A stretch of DNA of 64,000 bases from Rickettsiales bacterium (GCA_965262395.1 OZ253531.1:528838-592837); one strand, 5' to 3'. Shown: positions 1 through 9,451, counted from the first letter of the stretch. The notes: generated from the sequence alone by a model not told the origin. Numbers and translations are program-made.

Positions 1-24
1 AAGTACAAGCAGAACAAAAGCGGC

Positions 25-327
25 GTGAAAGCAATGCTGGATAATAAAAAAAGTAAAAGCAGCGGTTCTACTAGTCAAGATATATTAAAAAAAGAGAAAA
101 GAAAAAAAGGTCGTTGTGTTTATTTAGTAAGAGGCAAGGATAGAAACCGCCCTGCTTGGCATTATGTATTAGTAAAAGAGAGGCTTGTTGAGAAATTCAA
201 AGAAACGGTTGCCTCTGGTACTATTGATGTTGCTGATTGGGGCGAGGTTTTGGAATCTGGTTGGGGTGAAGATCCACATCCGGATATAGTTGCCAACATG
301 GAAAAGAGATTTGGATTAAAAGATTAG
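25..327 (+). CDS. hypothetical small basic protein (100 aa; GTG at 25, alternative ATG at 34)
   Basis: Open frame with a Lys/Arg-rich N-terminus and a WGEDPHPD C-terminal part. A diverged copy of its last ~30 codons survives downstream (532..633), which implies the tail was once duplicated as a unit. Confidence 0.45.
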   Translation: MKAMLDNKKSKSSGSTSQDILKKEKRKKGRCVYLVRGKDRNRPAWHYVLVKERLVEKFKETVASGTIDVADWGEVLESGWGEDPHPDIVANMEKRFGLKD

Positions 328-421
328 GTTGCTGCACTTTTCTGTGCAGTTTATATTCAAATTAGAAGAGAAGCTCATTCATAAATATAGTTTATGTTAA
401 ATTTGTTGGTATTGAAAGTCC

Positions 422-541
422 TTGAATAGACAATTAAAGGGGGGAGATCTCAATTCTTATGCAAATTAAGGTCTTGGAATTTATTCAATAGAACAATTAA
501 AGGGGGGAGATCCCAATTCTTATGCAAATTAAGGTCTTGGA
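422..541. repeat. 2 x ~62-bp direct repeat (ttgaatagacaattaaaggggggagatctcaattcttatgcaaattaaggtcttggaa)
   Basis: Two near-identical units read directly at 422..479 and 484..541. Confidence 0.85.
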
Positions 542-633
542 AGCTAGTTGGAGTGAAGATCCGTACCCAGATATAGCCAGATATAGCCAGATATAGTTAC
601 CAACATGGAGAAGAGATTCGGATTAAAAGTGTA
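532..633 (+). repeat. diverged relic copy of the 3' end (last codons plus stop) of CDS 25..327, with an internal 3 x 10-bp ccagatatag repeat (567..596)
   Basis: ggagtgaagatccgtacccagatatag...ccaacatggagaagagattcggattaaaagtgtaa aligns with 259..327 (ggggtgaagatccacatccggatatagttgccaacatggaaaagagatttggattaaaagattag). Confidence 0.7.
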
Positions 634-651
634 AAGGTATGAAATCACCCT

Positions 652-2475
652 TTATTGTCCTGGAGTATTGGTAGAATGAGAGACCTCATCCTCTGGTTTT
701 GAGAGTGGAGAGACCTCTGGGCTTTTTGGTGGTGTATCTGCTTCTTCTAGCTTTCCCTTGAGAGGGTTAACACCATATTCGCCTCTTTCTATTTCTTCTT
801 TTTTTGCTGCTAACGCCGCTTCTTTTTCTTCCTCGCTCATTGTTGCGAGCGATTTGATTTCTAATGTTATTGCAGGCTCTGGCTCAGTAATGCCCTTCAT
901 TACTTGACTCATTAGATTTTCATCATCATCTTTCTTTTTTATCTTTTCTTCCAATGTTTCTCTTGTTTGTCGAATAATTGTTTTTATCACATGGGTAGAT
1001 ACTTTATATTTCTTAGCCATCTTTTGAATATTTTTTGAAAATAGATAATCATCTGCCTTTATAAAGAGTTTTTCTATCGTACCTGGAGCAGGGGTTGTTT
1101 TTGATTCTGTTTTTGCACCTTTTCTGGTTCTAATTTTTTCACCTAATAGGACTACAGGTTTTATTACTGCTTTCAGGGGGGATGTGAAGGGCGCTGTTAG
1201 TATATAAAGGAATTTATTGCCAGAACTCATATCTGAAAATTTATCATAGCCAATTAGAGCTCCCGCTATACCTGTCGTTTTTCTCTGTGATTCTTCTAGT
1301 TCATCTACTTTAGCCTTAAGTGTTTCATCAATTTTACTGAAGTCCTCTGAATCCACATGTAACACTTTTTTGAAAGACTCTTCTTTAAATCTATTTTCTT
1401 TGCGATAACTGGCATTATTAGGATAATTAGCTCCATATATCATTTCACTAGATTCTTTTGCGCCAACACTAAATATTAATCTTACAGGAAATAATAATGA
1501 TGCGACAACTTTCTCGCCGGTTGATAGTTTGCTGAATTTTTCATATCCTAGAATGGAATCTAATGCATGATCTTTAAATGATTTATGAGGTTTTTCTGGT
1601 AAGATGAGTAGTTGTGCATGTTCCGTGCTTTTGAAAGTAGACTCTTTGTTATAAAATTTTTCTTTATCTGCAGTATCTTTTATGCTCCTATGTATCCATA
1701 TTTTGGACGGATCTACGTGGCATTTTTTTTCTGTGACTTCTATATCTTCTGCTTCTTGTTTAGTTGGATTGACTATAATTAATTTATGATCGTTTTTGTT
1801 CAAGGCGGTTTGTATATTTTTTTCTTCTATTGCTGTTATTTTTCCGATGAAATTCATAGATTCCACTGTTAGTTTATCATGATGATCATTGTGGCCGTCT
1901 TGACTTAGCAGGCAAACTCTTAACCCACCTACAGATGATTTTTCGTTAATATGACTGAGGAATTGCTGTTTGCTGGGTGATATTGTTGTCGAAGAATCTG
2001 TTAGATGAGTTACCTTGTTATTTTTATCAAGTGGTAAGCAATATATTAATGGCGTACCTTCATTTGTAATAACTTTAATGGGTAAGAGGTTTGGGTATGC
2101 TACACCTTTGAACATTATGCCAGTTCGCTCCTTATTTGTGTACAGCACTTTAGATAAACTATCCTTTTTTACCTTTACCGGCTTTTTCTCTGGCGTTGGT
2201 TCTGGCGTTGGTTCTGGCGTTGGTTCTGGCGTTGGTTCTGGCGTTGGTTCTGGTTTTGGTTCTGGTTTTGGCGTTGGTTCTGGTTCTGGCGTTGGTTCTG
2301 GTTCTGGTTCTGGCATTGGTTTTAGGCCTAGGTTCAGATCTAGTTTTGATTTTAGGTCTAACTTTGGATCTAGTTTTGATTTTAGGTCTAACTCTGATTT
2401 TAGGTCTAACTCTGATTTTAGGTCTAACCTTGGTTTATCTTTGCTATTAGGTACTGTCTGGGGTTCTGTAGGCAT
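652..2475 (-). CDS. tandem-repeat protein (N-terminal DLKS(E/K)L and (T)PEP repeats), candidate surface or secreted protein
   Basis: 607-aa ORF. N-terminus reads DLKSELDLKSELDLKSKLD... then PEPEPEPTPEPEPTPKPEPKPEPTPEPTPEPTPEPTPEPTPE. The body holds two copies of a (I/L)(L/I)GY(E/D)KFSxxSxGxK module. The C-terminus is acidic and Ser/Pro-rich. Confidence 0.7.
   Translation of the reverse strand: MPTEPQTVPNSKDKPRLDLKSELDLKSELDLKSKLDPKLDLKSKLDLNLGLKPMPEPEPEPTPEPEPTPKPEPKPEPTPEPTPEPTPEPTPEPTPEKKPVKVKKDSLSKVLYTNKERTGIMFKGVAYPNLLPIKVITNEGTPLIYCLPLDKNNKVTHLTDSSTTISPSKQQFLSHINEKSSVGGLRVCLLSQDGHNDHHDKLTVESMNFIGKITAIEEKNIQTALNKNDHKLIIVNPTKQEAEDIEVTEKKCHVDPSKIWIHRSIKDTADKEKFYNKESTFKSTEHAQLLILPEKPHKSFKDHALDSILGYEKFSKLSTGEKVVASLLFPVRLIFSVGAKESSEMIYGANYPNNASYRKENRFKEESFKKVLHVDSEDFSKIDETLKAKVDELEESQRKTTGIAGALIGYDKFSDMSSGNKFLYILTAPFTSPLKAVIKPVVLLGEKIRTRKGAKTESKTTPAPGTIEKLFIKADDYLFSKNIQKMAKKYKVSTHVIKTIIRQTRETLEEKIKKKDDDENLMSQVMKGITEPEPAITLEIKSLATMSEEEKEAALAAKKEEIERGEYGVNPLKGKLEEADTPPKSPEVSPLSKPEDEVSHSTNTPGQ
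2192..2445. repeat. intragenic short tandem repeats (6/12-bp ggcgttggttct series, then 30-bp and 18-bp units) encoding the PEP and DLKS repeats
   Basis: Periodicity read directly. It also produces long spurious ORFs on the opposite strand (2015..2494, 2196..2450). Confidence 0.85.
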
Positions 2476-2663
2476 AGCATTAGTGTACGATTGAGTATCA
2501 CAATCTCAAATTGATACTCCTATTTGCTTAAACATTGATTAATCGTCATCGATCATTATTAAATTCTAGTAATCATTATACTGTGTGGGTTGACGATAAT
2601 TCAGACATATGATATCCTTAAGACAAGTATATATTATATCTTTAATGATTGAAGAGGGCAATA

Positions 2664-4178
2664 ATGGCTGAACCAAAAACAAAACAAAAAACAAAAAATG
2701 GAATTTTACCACAACTTTTAAATAATCCAGGTCTATCTTTCGACAAGAATAAGGATAAGAAAGCAAACCAAGCTGCTAATTTATCAATTTTAACCACATT
2801 ATTTGACAGGGCGAAGCATTCTAAAAAATCATCCTTGATTAAGAAAATGCATCACGCTTCTGCGATAATATCGTTGATATTGATAACAGTAATGGTTGTT
2901 AGTGGTTTTTTAAAATTTGTTGCTAAGATGCAGCATTCTAAATCATCGTTCAGAGCTTTCTTTGCAAAAGATGCAGTATCTCAAGCTTTAGAAGTTATTG
3001 AGTTCTTATTAGCAGCAATAGTTTTCATAATTTCGCTTGTGACATTTTTTACAGCTATTTACCAATCAGTTGTCGATAAAAAAATAGATGACCATGATTT
3101 TGCTATGAGACTTATGAAATCTTCACTTTCTCTTGAAGAGATGAAATATGCAGCAGGCATGTCTGATAAAGAGTCTGATCAAGCAAAGATAATGAAGAAT
3201 TATAAAGAGAATACTCCTTGTGATGTTGCTGCAGTCAAAGCTGCTTGTGAAGAAATTGCCAATAATATTAAAGCTACAGCAGATAAAGGCGAGGCACTTA
3301 AAAAGATTAATGATCATATTAGAGCACGGAATATGCATTATTATGTTTTGTTGAAGGAAGCAACTAGATCTAAAAATAGGAGTCGCATAACATCTCTTGC
3401 TTTTGAAGCATTCGAAATCTTATACTCGACCCTTACAATTGCTGCTGAAGCTATAGGAGTTTATTATGCTTTTGTTGCTTTCAAGCCGAAGAATATTGCC
3501 CTAGGTATGGGTATATCGTCTTTGATATCCACATTTGCTTATTTGATGTTCTTTGTTTACAAATGGTATAGTGTGGTTTCTTCGATTGAAGGTATGTCAG
3601 AGGGTACTCGTAAAAAAAGTAAAGCTCACACTACTGTTAGTATATTAGTGACTACTATTGGTACTACACTGGTATCTATAAGCGTATTGCTTAATATACT
3701 TAGAGTTTTAGATGCAGCTAAAATTATTATGATTGATAAAAATTTAAGCAATACATTGGCTATTGTTAGATTTATATCATTGTTTACAACTATATTCCTT
3801 GGGTTATTTTCACAAATAGTACTTCGTATTGTATGGAAAGGAGTGTTGTCTGAGAAAGATCTTGCTATTCAAAAGGCAAAAAATGATCTTGATACTGAGA
3901 GCTGTGATGCTGTTTCTAGAGTGGATAGTCATATGGGATTACTTGATGATGGCAGTCCTACTACTAGTAAGACTGTACCGGTTCTTGTGAATAATATCGA
4001 TCCAAACACTCAGGTCGTTGTTGATCTATCGATGAGTGGTGATATAGTAAGAGCAATAAGTATTGCTCTGCCTACTACTAATATCTTTGTTGATAGTGCT
4101 ACTACTACGAACTTAGAGGTTAATATTGGGGATCTTCAAACTGATTTTGAAAGCCAAGGCATTGCTACTGCTTGCTAG
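2664..4178 (+). CDS. hypothetical multi-pass membrane protein (ORF opens at TTG 2649; ATG 2664 is preceded by gaagaggg)
   Basis: Several long hydrophobic segments (IISLILITVMVVSGFL, LLAAIVFIISLVTFFTAIY, LISTFAYLMFFVY, ILVTTIGTTLVSISVLLNIL, LFTTIFLGLFSQIVL). A strong terminator follows. Confidence 0.7.
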   Translation: MAEPKTKQKTKNGILPQLLNNPGLSFDKNKDKKANQAANLSILTTLFDRAKHSKKSSLIKKMHHASAIISLILITVMVVSGFLKFVAKMQHSKSSFRAFFAKDAVSQALEVIEFLLAAIVFIISLVTFFTAIYQSVVDKKIDDHDFAMRLMKSSLSLEEMKYAAGMSDKESDQAKIMKNYKENTPCDVAAVKAACEEIANNIKATADKGEALKKINDHIRARNMHYYVLLKEATRSKNRSRITSLAFEAFEILYSTLTIAAEAIGVYYAFVAFKPKNIALGMGISSLISTFAYLMFFVYKWYSVVSSIEGMSEGTRKKSKAHTTVSILVTTIGTTLVSISVLLNILRVLDAAKIIMIDKNLSNTLAIVRFISLFTTIFLGLFSQIVLRIVWKGVLSEKDLAIQKAKNDLDTESCDAVSRVDSHMGLLDDGSPTTSKTVPVLVNNIDPNTQVVVDLSMSGDIVRAISIALPTTNIFVDSATTTNLEVNIGDLQTDFESQGIATAC

Positions 4179-4265
4179 CTTGGGGCGTTATAATTATTTT
4201 TAGCAAATATTTTTTTGCTTTGTAATTTGAAACAAATCAATTTACCCATATGATAACTAATAATT

Positions 4266-4297
4266 AGGGGGCTAGTTTTTGCTAGCTCCCTTTTTTT
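4266..4297 (+). terminator. Rho-independent terminator candidate
   Basis: agggggctag / tttttg / ctagctccct forms a 10-bp stem (one G-U pair), followed directly by a T7 run. It lies 88 nt after the stop at 4178. Confidence 0.7.
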
Positions 4298-4339
4298 ATG
4301 CGCTATTAGTACATTTTTCCATGTCTTTTATTCAATATG

Positions 4340-4975
4340 TTATTTTCTCCTGCCATATGTAACCAGCAGCATATATCATGGCGTATACCTCCTTGTTTTC
4401 TCTGCCATATGTAACCAGCAGCATATATCGTGGCGTATAACTCCTTGTTTTCTCTGCCATATGTAACCAGCAGCATATATCGTGGCGTATAACTCCTTGT
4501 TTTCTACCTGCCATATATAACCAGCAGCATATATCGTGGCGTATACCTCCTTGTTTTCTCTGCCATATGTAACCAGCAGCATATATCATGGCGTATAACT
4601 CCTTGTTTTCTCCTGCCATATGTAACCAGCAGCATATATCGTGGCGTATAACTCTTTATTTTCTCTGCCATATGTATCCAGCAGCATATATCGTGGCGTA
4701 TACCTCCTTGTTTTCTCTGTCATATGTAACCAGCAACATATATCATGGCGTATAACTCCTTATTTTCTCCTGCCATATGTAACCAGCAGCATATATCATG
4801 GCGTATAACTCCTTGTTTTCTCTGTCATATGTAACCAGCAGCATATATTAAGCGTATACCTCCTTATTTTCTCTGTCATATATAACCAGCAGCATATATT
4901 AAGCGTATACCTCCTTATTTTTTACCGGCCTATATGTAAACAACAGCATATATTTGGCCTATAGCTCTTTGCCTT
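4340..4975. repeat. intergenic tandem repeat, about 12 units of 52-54 bp
   Basis: tgccatatgtaaccagcagcatatatc(a/g)tggcgtata(a/c)ctccttgttttct starts at 4351, 4403, 4455, 4509 and onward, decaying toward 4975. Confidence 0.9.
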
Positions 4976-5029
4976 GTCAGGCATCTATTGATATAGCATC
5001 ATGAATATGATAGATCTACTGTCTGTTAT

Positions 5030-5680
5030 GTGGGCTTTTGTTGTATGGATGAGTATAATAAGCAAGTTTGGATAGTGACTTTTGCTGATTTGCTATCCTT
5101 AATGCTTACTTTTTTCATTTTATTATTCTCTTTTTCAGAATTGAATGAGAAAGATTGGTATAGCGTGGTGAGTAATACCAAATCTGAATTTGAGATAATC
5201 AAAAAATCTTCTAGTAACGCTAGTACTATAGAGGGAAGATATGGTATGGATCTGGGATATCTTGAAGCTGTGTTGAATAATAAATTTGTTAATGAATATG
5301 GTTATGTTCAGGTGAAAAATGAGGGTCATAGACTTATAGTATCTTTTCCTGGCGAGGTATTTAGATCAGAAAAGCAATTATATGATAATAAAGTTGATTC
5401 GGTGATGCACGTTATTGCCGATCTTGTTTCACAAATGACTAATAGTATTTATGTAATCAGTTACATAGATTCAGATCAGTCGCAGCTTGATCAGGAATGG
5501 GAAAATGTTCTTATGAATGCATTTGAAATATCCCAAGATATCAAAAAGCTTGGTTATGTAGAGGATATAAATATATTTGCAGGATCTTCTAATAGCAATG
5601 ATCCTAAAACAGGAATAGATTTAGTTATTAATGAGATATCAGATGATATACCTAATATGAACGAGGACGAAGGGTTGTAA
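5030..5680 (+). CDS. MotB/OmpA-like protein (MotB-type TM helix with conserved Asp, degenerate OmpA-like C-terminal domain)
   Basis: WIVTFADLLSLMLTFFILLF resembles the MotB WK(I/V)AYADFMTAMMAFFLV segment. RLIVSFPGEVFRSEKQLYDNKVDSVMHVIADLVSQMTNSIYVISYIDSD then WENVLMNAFEISQDIKKLGY...IFAGSS follows the OmpA_C layout, but the usual GHTD and RA residues are altered. Confidence 0.6.
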   Translation: MGFCCMDEYNKQVWIVTFADLLSLMLTFFILLFSFSELNEKDWYSVVSNTKSEFEIIKKSSSNASTIEGRYGMDLGYLEAVLNNKFVNEYGYVQVKNEGHRLIVSFPGEVFRSEKQLYDNKVDSVMHVIADLVSQMTNSIYVISYIDSDQSQLDQEWENVLMNAFEISQDIKKLGYVEDINIFAGSSNSNDPKTGIDLVINEISDDIPNMNEDEGL

Positions 5681-8457
5681 TGATTAGATTTATAATATTC
5701 ATCATATTTATATATTGCTCTTCCGATTATTGTAGTGCTTCAGAGGATAGCTATAGTATAGATAGCAATTCTTCAGGTGGGATTACTATTACCAAAGATG
5801 ATTTAACTGAAGATACGCCAGTTATTTCAGCTGAAGGGCAGAAAAAGTTGTTATTGGAAAAGAAAGAACAAGAAGCTTTGGCAAAGCTCAACGATAAAGA
5901 AAAAGCTATTATAAAAATGAAGAAATATAATAGTCAATTCTGGTTAAAATTTGATGATGTGAATGCAGTGAAGGCAGGAGTTTTCAAAAGAGAAGATGTA
6001 TTATGGATAGTATTTAATACGAAAAATACAGAAGATAATCTTGAAAAAAATGAACTTAGCCCACTTATTTCCGAACAGCAACACGATAAATATAAGATCA
6101 TACAAGTAGAGATTCCTGAGGGAGTATTTGCAGATCTGCAAATACTCCGTAATATGGTTGTTGTTAAATTTGTACCAAAAGAAGTTATACATAGTTATTA
6201 TAAGCGACCCAAGATTATTGAAGATAAATCTGAGGAGGAGGAAGATGATGATGATGTTGATAATGAGGTCGTTTTTATTGAAAGTATATCAAACCAGGAT
6301 CTTATTAAGGTTAATGATAGCGATATTGGTGATGAGTTGTGGTTGATACTGGATAATATTTCAGGCAGAGCATTCACTAAGACACATAAATATATTGATT
6401 TTCATATTCTACCAAGTTCTCTAGGCTTAGTAATCAAGCCGTTATCAAATGAATTGGAGATTCGTGATATAGCAGATAATACTGGTGTGGAGATTGCAAC
6501 TACAGAAGTATTTGACACAAAGGATAAAAATAAAGAGGCTGCAGAAAATCAGAAGGATGAAGCCAAAAAACTTATTTATGATATTGATTATTCACATCCA
6601 TTGTACAGATTTTCTGTCTGGAGTGGCAAAAAAAATTATAGCGAAAGCATTATAATGTTACGTAAAAATTTGCTTAAGGTGCATCCATATAAGCGAAGGA
6701 ATATTAGAATTAAGATTGCAGAATTATACCTGAGTCATGGCTTATATCAAGATGCACTAGGATATTTAGATTATATTAGATCAGGTGATAGGAAGGTTAT
6801 TAGCAGCGTTAGATATAGGTTGTTATATGCAGCAGCTTTGTACTTTGGTCGTAATTATTCACAGGCAAAGGATCTTTTTGATACCCTTGATGAAGAAGAA
6901 CTATCGGATGATCATAAATTAGAGCTGCAATTTTGGAAGGATGCCATTGATATTAAAATGGGTGATGATCAAAAAACATTGAAATATATAATTGGTTCTG
7001 AAAAATTCCTGAAAGAATATAATATGTTCCGTGAAGAATTTGCATTCATGGCTTTCGAACAAGCAATCAATAATGATCTTATAGACATAGCAAATAAGAT
7101 GAATAGCATAATTAGTGCCATGAAAACTCATAATGTAAATAGATTGCTATATAATAGAGCGATATTGCTGGAGAAAAAACAGAAATATAAAGATGCATTA
7201 AAGATTTATACCCTGTTATCAAAAAAGAGTGATGATAGAAAATATAGATCACTAGCTGTTTATCGTAAAACCAAATATCTGTATAGCATTCAAAAAGTTG
7301 ATAGAGTGGTAGCACTGAAACAATTGCTAGATATTAAATTTGTTTGGAGTTCTCCAGAGTTTGAGGTGCCTCTTTTGAAAGATATAGGTGATTTATATAT
7401 TGAAGAGAAAGAGTATTACAAGGGTATGTTGTCATATAAGGAGATGATAAAAAAGTATCCAGGTAATAAGTATATATTTGAAATTACCAAGAAGATGGGT
7501 GAATTATTTATAAAATTATTGATAGATGATAAAGATGACACTTTGTTGGATGATTATGGTGCAGCTCTAGTTTTTTATGAATTCAAAGAATTAATGCCCG
7601 TTGGAAGTATAGGTGTTAAGATAACCTTGAACTTTATAGATAGATTATTAGATCTTGATTTGGTTGATCAGGCAGAAAAATTACTAGAACATCTGGTTAA
7701 TTTTCGATTGAAGGATAAGCAACGTCAATTACAGCGTTTGAAGCTATCTGCTATTAAGATAAACAATCATAAATATAAAGCAGTGATTGATTTATTGAAT
7801 AAAGATACTGATTTTGATTTGCTTAGGGGAAGAGAGGTTAGGGAACGACGATACTTATTAACTGACGCATTGATACTTGAAGAAAAATATGAAGAGGCTT
7901 CAGAGGTTATAGGCAGCCTGAGTACAGTACGTGGTACAGATCTGAGAGGTGAGATATTCTGGAGATCAAAGGAATGGGATCAATTCATGACTCTTGCTGA
8001 AGGGGTATTAGAGTTCAGAAGTGATCCTAAGGCGCCCCTAACAGAGCGAGAGAAAATATATGTAATAAGATTGGCCTTGGCTTATGCATCCAAGGGGCAG
8101 CATGAGAAGATAAAGTCTCTTGAAGAAGCTTTTTCTACTTCTTTCCCAGAAGATAGTAAATATAGGAAGTCCTTGGTAGTATTTACAGAAATAACAGATG
8201 AGCTTACCTCTGAAGATTTGAATAAATCAGTAAATATAGACCGAATTAATGAGATCATAGAGGCTCATAAAGAGGATATTGTAGATGACTTTTCTAAAAT
8301 CAGTAAGAGTGAAGAAGATCAACTAAAGAAAGTAAAAGAGGAAAAGAGAACTCTACAGGAAGAAGAAGATAATAATGAAGCTAATGCAGAAAAGGAAGAA
8401 GATAATGAGAATGTGGAGAATGCAGCAGAAGATGAGGTCAAAGAAGAGGTGAAATAA
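5680..8457 (+). CDS. large exported TPR-like repeat protein (925 aa) with an acidic C-terminus
   Basis: Its ATG overlaps the upstream stop (TAATG). N-terminal signal-like MIRFIIFIIFIYCSSDYCSA. The central part has many Y/L/A helical-hairpin motifs (AELYLSHGLYQDALGYLDYI, AAALYFGRNYSQAKDLF, LLEKKQKYKDALKIYTLL, DLYIEEKEYYKGMLSYKEMIKKYP). E/D/N-rich tail. Confidence 0.7.
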   Translation: MIRFIIFIIFIYCSSDYCSASEDSYSIDSNSSGGITITKDDLTEDTPVISAEGQKKLLLEKKEQEALAKLNDKEKAIIKMKKYNSQFWLKFDDVNAVKAGVFKREDVLWIVFNTKNTEDNLEKNELSPLISEQQHDKYKIIQVEIPEGVFADLQILRNMVVVKFVPKEVIHSYYKRPKIIEDKSEEEEDDDDVDNEVVFIESISNQDLIKVNDSDIGDELWLILDNISGRAFTKTHKYIDFHILPSSLGLVIKPLSNELEIRDIADNTGVEIATTEVFDTKDKNKEAAENQKDEAKKLIYDIDYSHPLYRFSVWSGKKNYSESIIMLRKNLLKVHPYKRRNIRIKIAELYLSHGLYQDALGYLDYIRSGDRKVISSVRYRLLYAAALYFGRNYSQAKDLFDTLDEEELSDDHKLELQFWKDAIDIKMGDDQKTLKYIIGSEKFLKEYNMFREEFAFMAFEQAINNDLIDIANKMNSIISAMKTHNVNRLLYNRAILLEKKQKYKDALKIYTLLSKKSDDRKYRSLAVYRKTKYLYSIQKVDRVVALKQLLDIKFVWSSPEFEVPLLKDIGDLYIEEKEYYKGMLSYKEMIKKYPGNKYIFEITKKMGELFIKLLIDDKDDTLLDDYGAALVFYEFKELMPVGSIGVKITLNFIDRLLDLDLVDQAEKLLEHLVNFRLKDKQRQLQRLKLSAIKINNHKYKAVIDLLNKDTDFDLLRGREVRERRYLLTDALILEEKYEEASEVIGSLSTVRGTDLRGEIFWRSKEWDQFMTLAEGVLEFRSDPKAPLTEREKIYVIRLALAYASKGQHEKIKSLEEAFSTSFPEDSKYRKSLVVFTEITDELTSEDLNKSVNIDRINEIIEAHKEDIVDDFSKISKSEEDQLKKVKEEKRTLQEEEDNNEANAEKEEDNENVENAAEDEVKEEVK

Positions 8458-8872
8458 TAGTTGTATGAGTGGTTTGATGCTTGATGGTTTTGTTCATCAA
8501 GTGATATCCCATGCAGAAGAAGATAATGAGAATGTGGAGAATGCAGCAGAAGATGAGGTCAAAGAAGAGGTGAAATAATAGTTGTATGAGTGGTTCGATG
8601 CTTGATGTTTTTGTTCATCAAGTGATATCCCATGCAGAAGAAGATAATGAGAATGTGGAGAATGCAGCAGAAGATGAGGTCAAAGAAGAGGTGAAATAAT
8701 AGTTGTATGAGTGGTTTGATGCTTGATGGTTTTGTTCATCAAGTGATATCCCATGCAGAAGAAGATAATGAGAATGTGGAGAATGCAGCAGAAGATGAGG
8801 TCAAAGAAGAGGTGAAATAATAGTTGTATGAGTGGTTTGATGCTTGATGGTTTTGTTCATCAAATATCATTC
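8390..8872 (+). repeat. 4 x 121-bp tandem repeat; the first unit is the authentic gene 3' end plus stop plus a downstream hairpin
   Basis: gataatgagaatgtggag starts at 8401, 8522, 8643 and 8764. Each unit carries ...gaagaggtgaaataa and the inverted repeat cttgatg-N8-catcaag. Confidence 0.9.
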
Positions 8873-9205
8873 CCCCCTTGTTATTATTTTATGCACCTTG
8901 TTCATGCATTTGTCCATTATAACGATTCTCTTTTTTCCTTGTATTACTAAATTACCGTCTACAGAAGAAATATTTTCGAAATCTTCATTAAAATCTATGG
9001 TGATTTCTGAAAGATGCGGACAAGAGCTAGAGGAGTCGTTGTTAATATACTTATATATAGTGATTACAATAAATAACGAGCCAACTGCTAGAGAGACTCC
9101 CATTAACATGACTATGTACTTGAAAATTGAAATACCTTTATTGATAACTATCTCACTTATATAATAAAACATACGAAGATTAAAAATTATATAGCCCAAT
9201 GTCAA
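8867..9205 (-). CDS. hypothetical small single-TM protein (112 aa)
   Basis: One clear TM helix (IVMLMGVSLAVGSLFIVITIY) followed by a charged soluble tail. It competes with an overlapping + strand ORF (8844..9164) that starts inside the repeat array and looks less protein-like. Confidence 0.35.
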   Translation of the reverse strand: MTLGYIIFNLRMFYYISEIVINKGISIFKYIVMLMGVSLAVGSLFIVITIYKYINNDSSSSCPHLSEITIDFNEDFENISSVDGNLVIQGKKRIVIMDKCMNKVHKIITRGE

Positions 9206-9451
9206 TTAGTATGTTCATAAAAAATTATAGTCATTGCGTACTATATACGTAGAAGATACTATGATTATACAGTATTTTGAGCTTCGTTTTTATATATGTT
9301 GTATATTCACAAACTAATACTGAAATTAGAGTCTCATAACTGAATATCTGTCTATATTATCACTAATACTGCTTAAGTAACTGCATTTAAGATTAGCATT
9401 GATTATATCTTATTATAGGTATAGCATGCAGCCTCTAATATAGATTGTTAA

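Noticed and set aside
2015-2494. Plus-strand ORFs 2015..2494 and 2196..2450 (GVGSGVGS / LVLALVL peptides)
   Set aside because: They are antisense reading of the PEP/DLKS repeat DNA of the 607-aa minus-strand gene and lie entirely within it.
4332-4619. ORFs of 95 aa and 68 aa inside the 52-bp intergenic repeat
   Set aside because: They exist only because the unit lacks stops in those frames. The peptides are pure unit reiterations, and the frame breaks where units are 54 bp.
5030-5680. Evidence for a flagellar motor
   Set aside because: Only a MotB-like protein is present, with a degenerate peptidoglycan-binding domain. There are no motA, fli, flg or flh genes in view, so it is better read as a relic or a recruited anchor.
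8844-9164. Plus-strand 106-aa ORF
   Set aside because: It begins within the last unit of the 121-bp repeat and overlaps the minus-strand ORF 8867..9205, which has a cleaner TM-plus-soluble-tail organisation. Neither is strongly supported.
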